A stretch of DNA of 64,000 bases from Eledone cirrhosa. Its lineage: Eukaryota. The notes beneath the pieces are model-generated. The model saw only the letters and a program-made list of their open reading frames with translations. It was not told where the DNA came from and did no database searches. The stretch lies in the NCBI GenBank assembly GCA_964016885.1, contig OZ024747.1, positions 51,832,001-51,896,000 on the forward strand, given 5' to 3'. Below, piece after piece: positions 40,103 to 55,292 of the stretch. How positions within the stretch are numbered: the stretch's first letter is position 1; every line of letters starts with the position of its first letter. A program made the translations under genes and the position numbers.

Positions 40103-40140
40103 ATAATCTTCTATACACAATCATACACACCCGTGTATGT

Positions 40141-40216
<76 letters not shown>

Positions 40217-41979
40217 ATCTATATATATATATATATATATATATAGGGTTGGGGTGGGGGCATGTACGATCGAAATCTCTACAGTTTCTGTCTACCATTC
40301 AAGAAAATTTGACTTCATCATAAATGTTCCTAACGGGTACTCTACTACATTAAGTATAAAATGTTATTGAAATCTGATACTATCTGTCGGTCACAAATTC
40401 TGGGAGGATGTGGCTTGATTATGATTCAGAACACATAGATGTGGTTCAAATGTAGCAAATCATCCCATCCGACTCTTTTAATACTTTCGCCAATCTATCG
40501 CTCTCAGACTGGTAGTTTATTTATCCACCCTTAGTAAGCATGAACGAATACCAAGGCATTTTTCTATCGACATTGCCAACTCGCGGTCTTTATGTCAATT
40601 AAGCAAGACATTCAACATACCGCTTCATAGAGTTTGTACTACGTTCTCGTGGGCAACGACATACAATACAAATAAAGAGGAGCGAACGTGGGTGCATTGG
40701 TGTAGATCATTTAAAACGCTAGTCATGGCAACTACATTTTCCTGAAATCATGTACTGTCCTATAAGAAAAAAGTAATGATTTTGTGAGTTTCGTTCCAGC
40801 TCTCTTCAGCCTGAGTTTATAATCACGCCAGGTAAACTTTACCTTTTATCTTTCAAAGTGGTTGGTGGGATTGTAAGTATGCCAGACCACTCTTCAGTGC
40901 GACAGATAACATGTAATCCAGTATACCTGTCACATGGTCGGGTCGTCGTTGACTAAACAGGCAAACAGACTAAGTTTCATCCCTACAGGATGAAAAGCAA
41001 AACTTAACAAAGGGTGGTGGAACTCATGTGAGTTAACGTACATCCAATAATGTGTACATATGTATATATCGTGTGAGTATGTAAATATATATATGTTAAT
41101 TTAAGAATGTGCAGAGCTGTAGCAGATTTCGTTGGTTGGCCCTGGGTGGTTTTTTTGTAGCGTTCCGGTGTGTCCCAGTATCTTTTCAACATGCCACCTA
41201 GCGAACTAATGACGCGCTTTATATACGCATTCAAACTGAGCACCTAACCTCTCTCAATTCGATTCCGATCTGCGTGGTGAAAATTCACATAGTGGCGGAT
41301 TTGTTATAACTCTTTTTGTTCTGAGTTCGAATTCCCTCTTAGGCTACATTGGTGGTACACCTGATTTATCGTCTCCTATATTACAACTTCCTGGCCCTTG
41401 GACACCTTTAGAAGTCCAAATTTCAGAGATTCGAGCAACGTTTCCAGTTTGAAGATGCATTCTAGCCTACGTCCCACTAATTTCGGAGGCCTTAGAAAAA
41501 GACATGAGCGCTGCCCTTTCCACCTGGGTAGACAATAAAATACAAATCTAAGCCAGTCAAACATAATATTACAAAATTTAACAAAATAGGGATTCCTTAA
41601 TGATCTTTACATTTGTTATTGTATATATATTTAGCTTGTTATTTAAGAAGGGAATATTTTATTTATGAAACTCCATGTGGTCTATAATGAAAGCAGCCAA
41701 CCATTTAGTTGACACCTATGCGACATACCGAACGAGATAATTTCAGGTTCGGGACAAAAGGACTTGTCGGTCCATAAATATATAAATCATACCAGCCCCT
41801 CAAAGTTCAACTCTCTATATATTTTCACTCTAACTGTCTCAGATATTCACTATTTTTCATTAAATAAGAATGTGCACTAAAGGAGTAATTAGATCTACTT
41901 TGAAAATATACATTTTTAATTCATATATATATATAGTGTGTATATATATAATATATAATATATATATATATACATATAC

Positions 41980-42080
<101 letters not shown>

Positions 42081-43339
42081 GTTATTCTGATGTTATTCTG
42101 ATTTTATGCTTAAAGATCGCAACTTCAAACAGATAATTGTCTATACTTTGTATACATATGCGCACTCGCAAACACAAACCCATACTACACTCACCGAAAC
42201 CCACACAAACACACAAACACACAACCTCAAACCCATCCAACATTAATTTATCTTCTAACCTAGAAAATTGCCAATCAAGCAAAAAAGTCCGTGGTTAAAA
42301 AGAAAATGAGTGCATGCTGTTAAAAAATACATAATTATATATTTTGAAATACGATTTGGGTACCGAAGAAACAAAGCAACAGAAGAACTAACAGAAATAT
42401 AAGTACAAAAGAATAATATTATATAGATTACATTCAAATTTATTCCAAGTAAAATTGTTTTGTAAAAACTTAATCAATAGTGGGTAGATATTGGTAGGAA
42501 TCAAACTTTAATAATCCATAATCTCACCCAGATTTACCATCTTATTACTTTTACTTCGTACTGAATAAGATAATAACGATTGATTTTGTTGACTATGTTA
42601 GGGTCATATTCGTCTACACCATATATTCTATTGACATCTGTTGGTTTTCATGATGAATGTTCCAATTATTCTAATTATTCTATCAACGAAACAAGGTTGG
42701 ATTTAGACTGTTGGTTGGGGGGGGGGGGGCGTTCAGGGTACCTCATATGTGAAGGGCTCCTCATACACAAAAAAAAATTAGAATACACAGCAACCTCCTA
42801 CACCCAACAGTTTTACATATCAAAGTTAGCTTGGCGCAGATAATTGAAAAGTTATACATCCTAAAACTAAAAATCCCAGCTGAGGGCTCAAATAAATTGC
42901 TACAGCCATCGCTGGTGCCTCCGCCCCTACTGCAGGGGACCCGGGGTAAATTCCCTCTTTACCCCTCATGAAATTCGGCCCTGCAATGCAGCAGCCTGAA
43001 TTTAACGTGTAGATGTTGAAGTATTTCACAGACATAAGGAGATTTGACGCGACCTAGTGGATGACAAACCTGTCCCTTTGAATCTGTTCACAATCTAATT
43101 TACAGGTTTCCAAACAAATTCCAGTGACTCAATTTTCCTCAGGTGTAATGGGTCGACACGAGGTTTTGGTGAATGGCACTTGCCCAAACTGACACGCAGA
43201 GATTTCGACACCTGATGATTAAGAAGCAGATGCTTTAAGCATTCGGCTATGCTGTCTACACTATATATACTATCATGCATGGAATCTCACACATATATGC
43301 TCTCTACCTTGGATATTTCTATTAAGTTATTACCATTAT

Positions 43340-43673
43340 ATATATATATATAAAACTGAGAATGTCTGTCTGTCTGTCTGTCTGTCTAACTCCCTAAAAC
43401 TCGAAAACCACCCAACCGATTGTTGTCAAACTTTACACATTTACTACATAAGGTCCTGTGAGTGTTTTGAGCAAAACTTATTTCAAATTTTCAATGCCCA
43501 AGGAGCGCATTAGGCCATTTAGTGATCTCTCTCTATAATTCTTAGTCTTTCGTTTTAGATAGATTCATAGATATAACGTTGCGCCCTTATAATATCTATC
43601 TGTATGTCTGGCTGTCTGCATTACGACATTATGACGCTATATATATGTGTGTGTGTGTGTATATGTATATATA

Positions 43674-43747
<74 letters not shown>

Positions 43748-44140
43748 TGTGTAACGTTTTTCAAATTATTTACTTCTGCGTTCACAGATTGATTTTTTTT
43801 TAGTTTCAGAAGATTCCGTTAAGGGGGAAAGCAGTGATTCTTTGCTTAAACTTTAATCTGTTATTTTAATATATATATATAATTATATATTCGTGTACAG
43901 ATGTTTTTGCATACATAATAACAAATTATAAACAAAAGTATTTATTTCGCGATAAAGTATTGATTTTCTTCGCACGGAAAAAACCCTGGTAATCTACGAC
44001 GAATTTTTTTTTATAAGCACAAAAGGTAGACACCATCCCCAGGCCGAGGTATTCCGTACTTCTCTGTACTGTTTCAGAAAGGAGGGATAAACAAGCCAAT
44101 CTATGTTTAGAATCCCGAGCAACGCCGGGCTATTCTGCTA

Positions 44141-44141
<1 letters not shown>
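43340..44141 (+). mobile_element. Non-autonomous Helitron with nested (TA)n and an HHR-family fragment
   Basis: 5' TATATATAAAACTG..TGTCTGTCTGTC and 3' CCCGAGCAACGCCGGGC..CTAG|T. Confidence 0.8.
43802..43852 (+). ncRNA. Hammerhead-like fold with CAGAAGA core
   Basis: AGTTT-CAGAAGA-TTCC gttaa GGGG-GAAA-GCA gtgattctt TGC-TT-AAACT. Confidence 0.6.
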
Positions 44142-44227
<86 letters not shown>

Positions 44228-44287
44228 ATAATATACACATACATCTATATATATATATAATATACACATACATCTATATATATATAA

Positions 44288-44470
44288 CAATTTCTGATTT
44301 AGGCCAAAGGCCAAACATTTTAAGGAGTGTTTTACTGATGCTTTATTTACCAGCCTCGTAAAGATGAGAGGCAGGTCTAACCTCAACAGTATTTGAACTC
44401 AGAACGTAAAAAGCCGTAACTTTATGCTGCAAAGCATGGTGTCCACGCCATACCGATACTGACAATCCCA
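44288..44470 (-). mobile_element. Diverged Nin/Deu-domain SINE
   Basis: TTTGAACTCAGAACGTAAA..CCGATACTGACAATCC. Confidence 0.65.
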
Positions 44471-44709
44471 AAATTCCTCTCATCGGGAATCCTTTAAGCT
44501 GCTGTAGAGCTCCTCATCTCCTTGATTTTGTAAAACAACTACGTAGTAAATGAATAAATGCCCTTGTTTATATTTCATAAGCCTGTTAGTGCTCCTGTAA
44601 TTATTGACAGTCCATCTTCAACCATGTACCGTATACAAATGAGATGTCGCTGAGACGAGATCAAACCAACTAGCATCATTTTAAAAGCGACTCAATATAT
44701 ATTTCTTAC

Positions 44710-44763
44710 CCGAAGACGATTGTAAATGTAACCAGGTGGAGCTACTGTTGCAGGTCAAATTAC
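44710..44763 (-). CDS. Candidate 54-nt internal exon of an unidentified host gene
   Basis: Minus strand: ..taatgcCAG | exon | GTAAGA. It is open in phase 1 (xNLTCNSSSTWLHLQSSS) and lies in non-repetitive sequence. No homology was recognised. Confidence 0.3.
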
Positions 44764-44768
44764 CTGGC

Positions 44769-45312
44769 ATTAAATATTGTAAGGGCGGTGGATTGGCAGT
44801 ATCGGTAGAGGGTCGGACGCCATGCTTTCCAGCATAGTTACGTCCCTTTACGATCTGAGTTCAAATCCCGCCGAGGTTGACTTTGCCTTTCATCCTTACG
44901 GGGTCGATAAAATAAAGTACCAGTAATGCACTGGATAATTGCTGGCCTTGTGCCTAAAGTAGAAACAATTAAATATTGTAACTTTGCCTTTCATCCTTAT
45001 GGGGTCGATAAAATAAAGCACCAGTCACGTACTGGGGTCGATTTAATCGATTTTCCCCTCTCCGAAAATTGCTGGCCTTGTGGCTATATGAGAAACCATT
45101 AAATATTGTAATATAAAGGGCAGTGGATTGGCAGTATCGGTAGAGGGTCTGACGCCATGCTTTGCAGCAAAGAGTTACAGCCCTTTATGGTTCAAATCCC
45201 GTCGAGGTTAACTTTGCCTTTCATCCTTATGGGGTGATAAAATAAAGTACCAGTAATACACTGGGATAATTGATGGCCTTGTGCCCAAAGTAGAAACAAT
45301 TAAATATTGTAA
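44769..45312 (+). mobile_element. Three tandem SINEs separated by a reiterated 14-bp TSD
   Basis: SINEs at 44783-44970, 44980-45100 and 45116-45300. ATTAAATATTGTAA begins at 44769, 44968, 45098 and 45299. Confidence 0.9.
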
Positions 45313-45630
45313 TATAGTATAACTAAAGACCAGATCATTTGTCCATGCTTATTTTCTACTCTGAAATATAACCTACTTTTACAGAAAACGTATTTTGTAT
45401 TTCATCTGAGCATGCGCAAATGTATTGCTAAATATGTTATAATGATTTATTAGGATAATAAATCTTTGTTATGTTTTGATTTTTGTTGACAGCATAGGAC
45501 AGCTTTTCACAAACTGGGCACTATATAAAACTAGAGATCCACAAACGGAGTACTGACGGTTCTCAAACGAAGTAATCAGGTCTGTGAGTTCAGTATGTCA
45601 GATAATTTTTAAAAATATAATAAACCCCAG

Positions 45631-45716
45631 TAATGGATACTATATACACACATTAATGGATACAATATACACACATTAATGGATACAATACACACTCATT
45701 GATGGATACAATATAC
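45631..45716 (+). repeat. About 23-bp tandem repeat, 4 units (TAATGGATACAATATACACACAT)
   Basis: Direct reading of the sequence. Confidence 0.85.
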
Positions 45717-45890
45717 AGAAACTGCTGGGTTTCTATTCCCTTATAACTATAAACGTTTTTATTCTTCAATTGTTATAATAAATTTTAAGCTATATTGAAC
45801 CATTGTTGATAAAAAGTTTGTCTCCATAACCAATATTAAATCCTTTCATAAGTGACTGCTTGCTGTGGTTTGTTGGGAATTTGATTCCAT

Positions 45891-46214
45891 GGATTGGCAG
45901 TATCGGTAGAGGGTCGGACGCCATGCTTTGACGCATAGAGTTACGGCCCTTGCCATTCTGAGTTCAAATCGCGCCGAGGTTAACTTTGCCTTTCATCCTT
46001 ACGGGGTCGATAAAATAAAGTACCAGTAATGTACTGGGTAATTTCTGGCCTTGTGCCAATAGTAGAAACAATTATATTCAATCCTAATATATATGTTTAT
46101 ATTTATCTACCACACCACATTATTCACCAAATAATGCTTACGGGGTCGATAAAATAAAGTACCAGTAATGTACTGGGTAATTGCTGGCCTTGTGCCAATA
46201 GTAGAAACAATTAT
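45891..46214 (+). mobile_element. Nin/Deu-domain SINE (45891-46075) plus a 5'-truncated copy (46138-46214)
   Basis: Both match the SINE consensus. Confidence 0.87.
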
Positions 46215-46290
46215 TTACCAAATAATTTGATAAATGGTGCGTCAACATTTTATCAATTATAAATGACCTAATATACATGCATACATATAT

Positions 46291-48030
46291 ATGGTGGCTG
46301 CCAACTCGTTTTCGAGTGCGGCCACTACTTTATATCCATGTAGGAGAACCCCTACTGATGCGCTGAACGAGTGTGACTTTTAAGTCCAGCCAGCGACTTG
46401 AAAACTCTGGTACAAACACTACACTTGTGACAATTACTGACACATAGTGCTGGGCCCATGGTACCACGTGACGACTTACATACATACACACATACATACG
46501 TACAGATATACATACATGCATACATATATATACATATATACATGCATACATACATACATAAATACGTACATACATACTTACATGCATACATATATACAGA
46601 CATATATACACACATGCCTACATACATACTCACATACATACATACATATAGACATTCGTACATACATGCATGCATATATACATACATACATACACACATA
46701 CATACATACATACATACATACATACATACATACATACATACTTACATACATACATACATACATGATGGCTGCCCCCTCGTTATCGAGTATGGCCATTGCA
46801 CGAGAAAGAAAAAAAAAAAATAATAATAATAATAAATAAATTAAAAAAAAAAAATAAAATAAAATAAAAAATAAAAAAAAAATATATATATATATACATA
46901 TACATACATATATATATACACACACACACACATACTCACACACACACACACACACATACATTAATAACAATAATAATAATAATAATAATAATAACAACAT
47001 ACATACATACATACATACATACATACATACATACATACATACATACATACATACATACATACATACATGATGGCTGCCAACTCGTTTTCGAGTACGGCCA
47101 CTACTTTATATCCATGTAGGAGAAACCCTACCGATGCGCTGAACGAGTGTGACTTTTTAGGCAGCCAGCGACTTGAAAACTCTGGTACAAACACTACACT
47201 TGTGACAATTATTGACACATAGTGCTGGGCCCATAGTACCATGTGATGACAAGTGCAGAGAGATCTCCAGATACAAAGCAATGCTTGTGCCGTGAAGCTT
47301 TTATAGTGAGCAAAGGCACTGCACAAAGCCAGTCCCACTCTCTTAACCAAGAGGATATTTACCAAAAAGAAGAACAAGTCAACATCATTGGATACCATCA
47401 GGGCTGCAGGTGTTATATCAGAGTTTTCCTTCTCCTAGAATTCTGCCTTGACAAAGGCTAAGGGGTCATCTCTCCCGGTGATTTTGGATGGCCATTAACT
47501 CTTAAGAGCTCCTTTGCCCTTTGACAGGTTTTGTTTTTAGTCCTGCAGGATGTCCAAAGTCACCCTCCTCACCAAGAAACCTTGGTGGGGTTGCCAGTTT
47601 AGTCGCCAACGACCCGACCATGATACATACATACATACATACATACATACATACATACATACATACATACATACATACATACATACATACATGATGATGA
47701 TGATTGCAACCCGATTTCGAGTAATGCCATCATTTGATACTTAGGCCTGAACACCATAGATGTGGCTTTTTAGTCCTGCTAGGGCCATGCCTATGGCCAG
47801 CAATGCCAGGCATCGCAAAAAAAATGCTACATATTAAGCGATACCTGTGCTTGAAGCTTTTTTAAGTGAAGAAGGTCTTTGCACTGGACCAATCCCACTC
47901 TCTGAACATTGAATGCATTTACCCAAAAAGAAGAACTGGTCTACATCATTGGATGCAAGGAAGTCGCAGGTTTATATCAAAGTGACCTTCCCCTAGAGAG
48001 ATGTCTTAATGAAGACTAGGAGTGTCTCGC
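46291..48030 (-). mobile_element. Cluster of four co-oriented RTE-derived elements in (TACA)n
   Basis: Copies at 46291-46476, 46762-46800, 47067-47623 and a diverged one at 47700-48030. All share the same 3' end and differ in 5' truncation. Confidence 0.8.
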
Positions 48031-48278
48031 TCCACAAAAAATAAAAATATAAATACATATATTTAGGAGCCCTATCTTCCATTCTATGTTTGGGTTCAAT
48101 GTAATCCTGTTACATAATACTGCAAATAACACCTGATGAAAACGCCTAATCTTACATCAAAATCGGGTGATAGAGCTGGGCCATCGAAATATGTATAGTG
48201 CTCTCGGGGAAGTCAAATTTTAAAGTAAATTTTCCGGTCCTGCCCTCTGTTGTTGTTTTAATGAGTATATATGTATAT

Positions 48279-48465
48279 AATTGTTTCTACTTTAGGCACA
48301 AGGCCAGCACTTAACCAGTGCATTACTGGTACTTTATTTTATCGACCCCGTAAGGATGAAAGGCAAAGTCAACCTCGGCGGGATTTGAACTCAGATCGTA
48401 AAGGGACGTAACTATGCTGGAAAGCATGGCGTCCGACCCTCTACCGATACTGCCAATCCACCGCC
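48279..48465 (-). mobile_element. Full-length Nin/Deu-domain SINE with TSD
   Basis: TSD TATATATGTATATAAT at 48266-48281 and 48466-48481. Confidence 0.9.
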
Positions 48466-48874
48466 TATATATGTATATAATATATGTATATAATATGCGC
48501 TGGTGAATATCAACTTAGATATTTGTAACTAGGTACAAGGATTCAATAATATTCAGGAAAGTGATATACATGATTGAGCTGATGACACTGCCTTACTGCA
48601 ATTTATTTCATTTCTACCCCGGCCCGTTGATGGATTAAATGCTAATTCAAGGAGTTTAACTCAGTAGGTAAAAGGCTCAAGTAAATTACCATACGGAATA
48701 TCTTCCGACACGACACTGCATCGTTTCTGCAAACCCTTCCGCACTTAAAACTATATAATATATTGATAAAAGAAATATAACAATTTTATCATTGGAGTGA
48801 ACGCAAAGGTTTGTTGAATTAGTTTATTCACTAAATAAATATAAATATAAACATATGTATATACACGCACACGT

Positions 48875-48967
<93 letters not shown>

Positions 48968-48974
48968 ATTATGT

Positions 48975-49009
<35 letters not shown>

Positions 49010-49511
49010 TTTTTTTTACTTTGATGTTGAAATGGAAAAAGTATTTATCAATTAGTAGGTTTAACCGGCGCTGTGCGAGCGGGGAGAGAAATTAACTAAG
49101 ATAAATATAATTTATATTAAGATCAACATTATATAAAGCAAAACTAACATTAAAATCCATTTAATTATCCTGTAGCTTTGTACGTATATTCTCTGAAAGT
49201 ACCAGGTGTTGCACTAAAAAACTTGATAATTAAAATTAGGGCAGATGTTATGATTTTTGCAAAACTTATTAATAAACCAACTAAATTTATAGAAGCTTGA
49301 TTATAATAACCCGTCGTTATATCATCCGACTAGGAGAGTAATTAAGGGAGATTTTTTGAAAACATATATTACTGTCAATCTCATACAAGTACCAATTATA
49401 AAATGTACTTTAACACACAAACACAGACACATACATAGATACATATATACATATGTGTATGTTTTTCTCTGTCTCTCTCTCTCCCTCTCTCCCTCTCTCC
49501 CTCTCTCTCTC

Positions 49512-49563
<52 letters not shown>

Positions 49564-49614
49564 GATATATGTGTTTAAGTGTTTATGTATGTAAACAAAC
49601 ATACATATTATATA

Positions 49615-49850
<236 letters not shown>

Positions 49851-49985
49851 CTTATCTATATGAAGCAACTAAATTGAAGGTAATATTTACTCCCTACTTG
49901 CAGGCATAGAGTGCTCATTCAGCTTTTGAATGTTTTAAATACAATGGTATTTTAACACCCATTCTAATATATATATTAATATATA

Positions 49986-50077
<92 letters not shown>

Positions 50078-50217
50078 TAAATTATTATAGGTTTAGGTAC
50101 AGAATCTCTGACGTCACGGAAACTTCAGAATGTGGGGTAATTTTTGTGTTCACGATGTTATCAACATTGTATGTAAACTTGAATGCCTTATTCAAAATTT
50201 AGAAAGACAGAAAGGCG

Positions 50218-50256
<39 letters not shown>

Positions 50257-50272
50257 AAGAGAGAGAGAGAGA

Positions 50273-50331
<59 letters not shown>

Positions 50332-50495
50332 TTCAAGAGTAAACCAATCTTAAATGGAGAGATAGAGATAGGATAGGAGAGATTGGTGAAGGTATTAGAA
50401 GCCAATGCTTAGAAGCGGGTGCTCGATGTGCAATATGCAGTGGAAAGCAGTTGGAAAACTGGGTTCATGCGGAGGTTAGGTGTACACAGCTGGAA

Positions 50496-51246
<751 letters not shown>

Positions 51247-51339
51247 GTGAGGGTTTTTTTACAAAATGAAAAATAACCGAGGTGTCCAACAGGAGTGAAA
51301 GTATAAGGAAAAAAGATGAAATCTAAAATGCAACTGCTG

Positions 51340-52610
51340 TCTTTTTCTTTTTAAATATATATATTTATTTGGTTCCTTTACCGGTTTTTCTCACATCAGA
51401 TGTGAAAAACCACAAATTTTTCCCCATAGAGAGAGAGTCGGTTTCTAACATAGACACAAGACTCTCTCATTGGGATTTACACAACATCAACTAGGTAGAT
51501 ATGTATGCATGTCTGCATACAAGTGTGTGCAGACTTGAATGTTAATGTATGTGTGGATGTGTATATTTGAAGTTATATGTGTGCATGTGAATATCCTTTG
51601 TATCTATACATGTGTACATGCAGTTATTAGATGCAGAATCTTTGGAATGTTTTACATATTTTTATTGTTCCATTAATGGACTGTACTTGTAATTTCCTAA
51701 CTAGTCGTGTTCTTTCTGTTTCTGTGAAGCCCAGCTTCTCAAGATTTGTACTGAGGCAGTTACTAACAAACCCCAATAATCACAGCTATAAATCTGAAGG
51801 TATAGTCAGGGTGGACAGCAGATTTCTCATTAGTTCTGCATAAATATTCCCCCTTTCCCTAATCTTTAATATTATATTGGCATCTGCTGGGCAGCTAACT
51901 TCCACTACGGTGCATGCTTCTTTCCCTGTCCCATATCATTATATCTGGCATGTTATACTTGCATTTAATTGGGGTTTTGGCTGGAAGATTTCACCATTAC
52001 TCTTTCATATTATGTATATGTATGTCTTCCACATTGCTGTAACTTTTAATATGTTTATTGTCGGGGCTATATTTTCTACGGTTGCATCGTACAGTGTTTT
52101 GGCCACTACATCATGCCTCATAGGTAGATAGTACTGTGATGATATCTTTGGACAGCTGATAATGACATGGGTGACATCTTGGATGTTAATTCTACAGATT
52201 ATGCATATGTTGTCACATCTATGTGTTTTGCCTCCATCCCTATCTCTTTTGTGAACCACGTATTTTGTGTTGATTTCCTGTTCTTGGATTGCAAAAGCAT
52301 ATTCTTCAAAGTGGGAGCCAATATAGCGGTTGTTGGTCCAAGATAGACTATTTTGTTTATCTATATTACTCTCACTGTCAACATATCCATGTATGACTTT
52401 TTGCTGATAAGCATGCAGATTTTTATCCATGGGTTCGCTGCAGTACTGCTGGGCAATTTCCCTGGTTGTGGGTTTTTGATTATCATGCAGGGAGTATCTT
52501 TTAAGGAGTTCCTTCCGAACTCTAATGATCTTATCTGTCTCATGCAGACAGACTTACTCAATGGATGGGCTCCTACGCTTGGAGTTTCGTATGTATTTAC
52601 GTATGAATGT
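51340..52610 (-). mobile_element. R4/Dong-type non-LTR retrotransposon 3' fragment (second lineage)
   Basis: FAIQEQEINTKY..CIICRINIQDVTHVIISC..MRHDVVAK, then C-terminus ..RKLQVQSINGTIKICKTFQRFCI* near 51627, then a 3' UTR. Confidence 0.78.
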
Positions 52611-52639
52611 ATGTTCTTCTGCTTTTATAATTTCACAAA

Positions 52640-52895
52640 TCTTTTACCAATAGAGAAAGGGTCGGTTTCTAACGTAGACACAAGACTCTCTCATTGGAAT
52701 TTACACATCAATTAGGTAGATGTGTATGCATGCCTGCATGCAGGCATGTGTAGATATGGAATTTATTGTATGAGTGGATGTGTATATTTTGAGTTATATG
52801 TGTGCATGTGTATACGCTTTGTATCTGTACATGCAGTTATTAGATGCAACATTTTCGGAATGTTTTACATATTTTTACTGTTCCATTAATGGATT
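52640..52895 (-). mobile_element. Short 3'-end copy of the same R4/Dong-type family
   Basis: Direct repeat of about 51425-51680, covering the last codons and the 3' UTR. Confidence 0.75.
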
Positions 52896-53163
52896 GTTGC
52901 ATGTATGTATGTATTTATGTATGTATGAATGTGTGTGTATGTATGTATGTTTGTATGCATGTGAGTATGTGTGTACGTGTATTTATATGAACGTATGTGT
53001 GTGCATATGTATGAGTGTGTATGTGTATGTATGTATGTGGACGGAGAAAAATTAATGACAGTGTCACTTCCGGTGAGGTTTGAACTCAGAGACTTACAAT
53101 AATATATTATAAGGAGATCTCCAGTATCTGGAAATGTAAGATCTGTGTGAGTACCTAATATAG

Positions 53164-53201
<38 letters not shown>

Positions 53202-53207
<6 letters not shown>

Positions 53208-53331
53208 TAAAATATGTCTTTAGAATATCTAGATATAATATATAATATTTCTATATTATATATTATATCATTTCTATATTATATATTATATATTATATCT
53301 AGTGATTCTAAAGACATATTTTATGATATAT
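53202..53331. repeat. AT-rich inverted repeat abutting (TA)n
   Basis: ATCATAAAATATGTCTTTAGAAT..CTAGATATAAT / ATTATATCTAG..ATTCTAAAGACATATTTTATGAT. Confidence 0.8.
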
Positions 53332-53447
53332 AGTTCTGATTATTTAATTTTATTTAATTTATTAATTTTTCATTGAGCCACAACGTGACCGATTGCAAAA
53401 CACATATATATCTATGACTTTATATATATGTATGTAAATCTTTATAC

Positions 53448-53489
<42 letters not shown>

Positions 53490-53493
53490 CTAT

Positions 53494-53526
<33 letters not shown>

Positions 53527-54564
53527 TACCTAGTATACAAATATATTTATATATATATATATATGAGTGTGTGTATGTGTGTATGTATATGTATACATAT
53601 ACATATGGGTGCATACATCTAAATATAGTTGTGTGTATGGACGCCTGTTTCTGTGTTACTCTATCTGTATTAATTAGCATTACATTCCAATAGCTACATC
53701 AAGCACGTGCTGCCCTCTGTGTCTCTTCAATCCCATATGGCCCCTTATGACATTTTCTATGGCGCACCTAATCTCGTAATTATATAAAAGAAGATAATAA
53801 TGTTTTTGTAATATAATTCTTAGGTCCATCTATGCTTTTTTTTTTTCTGGAATAATTTCAAACAGTCTTCTCTCTCAGATGAGATTTGGTGCAGCTGTGA
53901 GCTTCCCCGACTTATTATCTTATGAAAACGTACTATATTTCATTCATTCTTTCAGTGATCCCTTCCATGTTGGTGGAGTCATAGTGGCGCCGTTGTAACA
54001 TACATCGTTTCTTGGGATTTATATACAGCAGGATGAATGTATGCCATATAAATAAACCCTGAATTACACCACATGTAAATTGAAGGGAGACTACCACATC
54101 GATACATGCTGTTATAGAGCGATCTGTGAGGGAAATCAATATCTAAATAAATGTGAATCGATGGAGATGTAAACAAAGTAGAATTTCTTGCAAATATTCA
54201 CAGAAACCATATTGGTACATAGTGTGAGAAAGCGGACCTCTAACAGCTCTCACTTTAATGGACACTTTATTGATAGTCATTGAGAAGAGAAACTCAACAT
54301 GATGATGTTGATCACAACTGCTTCTAAGTTATAAATAAATCGGTTAGATTGTTAGTTGGTAGGATCTGACGGACTGAAATTTAAATCGAGAGGAAACACT
54401 GTTAAAATGTTTCCTTGAGATGGGGGTAGATTTATGCAGGGCTGGTGCTAACTTTAAGTCAATTAGGTATTCGTCCAGGACACAGACATCAGAGAGACGC
54501 ACTATTGGACCTTAATGTATCATAGTTTTGTACAAATATTTTCATTACATTAAATATAAGGTAT

Positions 54565-54781
54565 GTGGATTGGCATTATCGGTGGAGCGTCAGAAAATAG
54601 CTTTACAGCATAGAGATACGACCCTTCACTTTCTGAGTTCAAATCTCACCGAGGTTAGCTTTGCCTTTGATCTTTACGAGGTTGAAAAAAATAAATTACA
54701 GTAACGCAATGGTTTCGATTCAATCAACTTTCCCCTCTCACCTTCAATTTGCTGGCCTTGCGCAAAAAGTAGAATCAATTA
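54565..54781 (+). mobile_element. Older Nin/Deu-domain SINE subfamily
   Basis: A and B boxes plus the core domain. It has the extra CGATTCAATC..TTCCCCTCTC segment also seen at 45039-45065. Confidence 0.8.
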
Positions 54782-55129
54782 TTTCATTAAGTTTATAATA
54801 ATTTCTTGCATCCAATATATAAATCACTAAATATCTTTCCCGCATAGCAACGCTATCGTTATACCCAAAACTATGGATAAGGTCGTATGGTGCTATTACC
54901 TATAACATAAATTGATGTGGGTGAGTGAGAGCTCTGCGGTAGGAAGTACAGGATTAGTAATTTTCTTAGTATTTTTTAGAGCAAGAACTGTCAAAAAATA
55001 AATTTATCACCTTGAATGAAGCGCATAACTGGAAGAAGTTGGCGTTCATGGTGGGATTAGCCTAGAGTACCGGCCCAGGCAATATCGACAGTCGATCGAC
55101 TTTCGTCAAATCGGACCGAGGAAACAATG

Positions 55130-55292
55130 TTTCAGTTAGTCTTTCCACTTGCTAATATGTCGCAACTCCAAGTAGAAGGGGGAACGTGAAATAAAGTGTC
55201 TTGCTCAAGAACATTACGCATCACCCGGTCCAGTAATCGGACTCACAAATTCATGATTGTGAATCCAATTTTCTAACCACTCAGCCACGAGC
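55130..55292 (-). mobile_element. Second tRNA-derived SINE type (CORE/V-like domain)
   Basis: Minus strand: GTGGCTGAGTGGTTAG (A box), a degenerate B box, and TGTTCTTGAGCAAGACACTTTA. Confidence 0.6.

Noticed and set aside
48130-48200. Further CTGATGA..GAAA-TATG-TA motif, and similar motifs at 15086-15138(-) and about 31968-32005
   Set aside because: The stems pair too poorly to call. They may be decayed HHRs but are not supportable individually.
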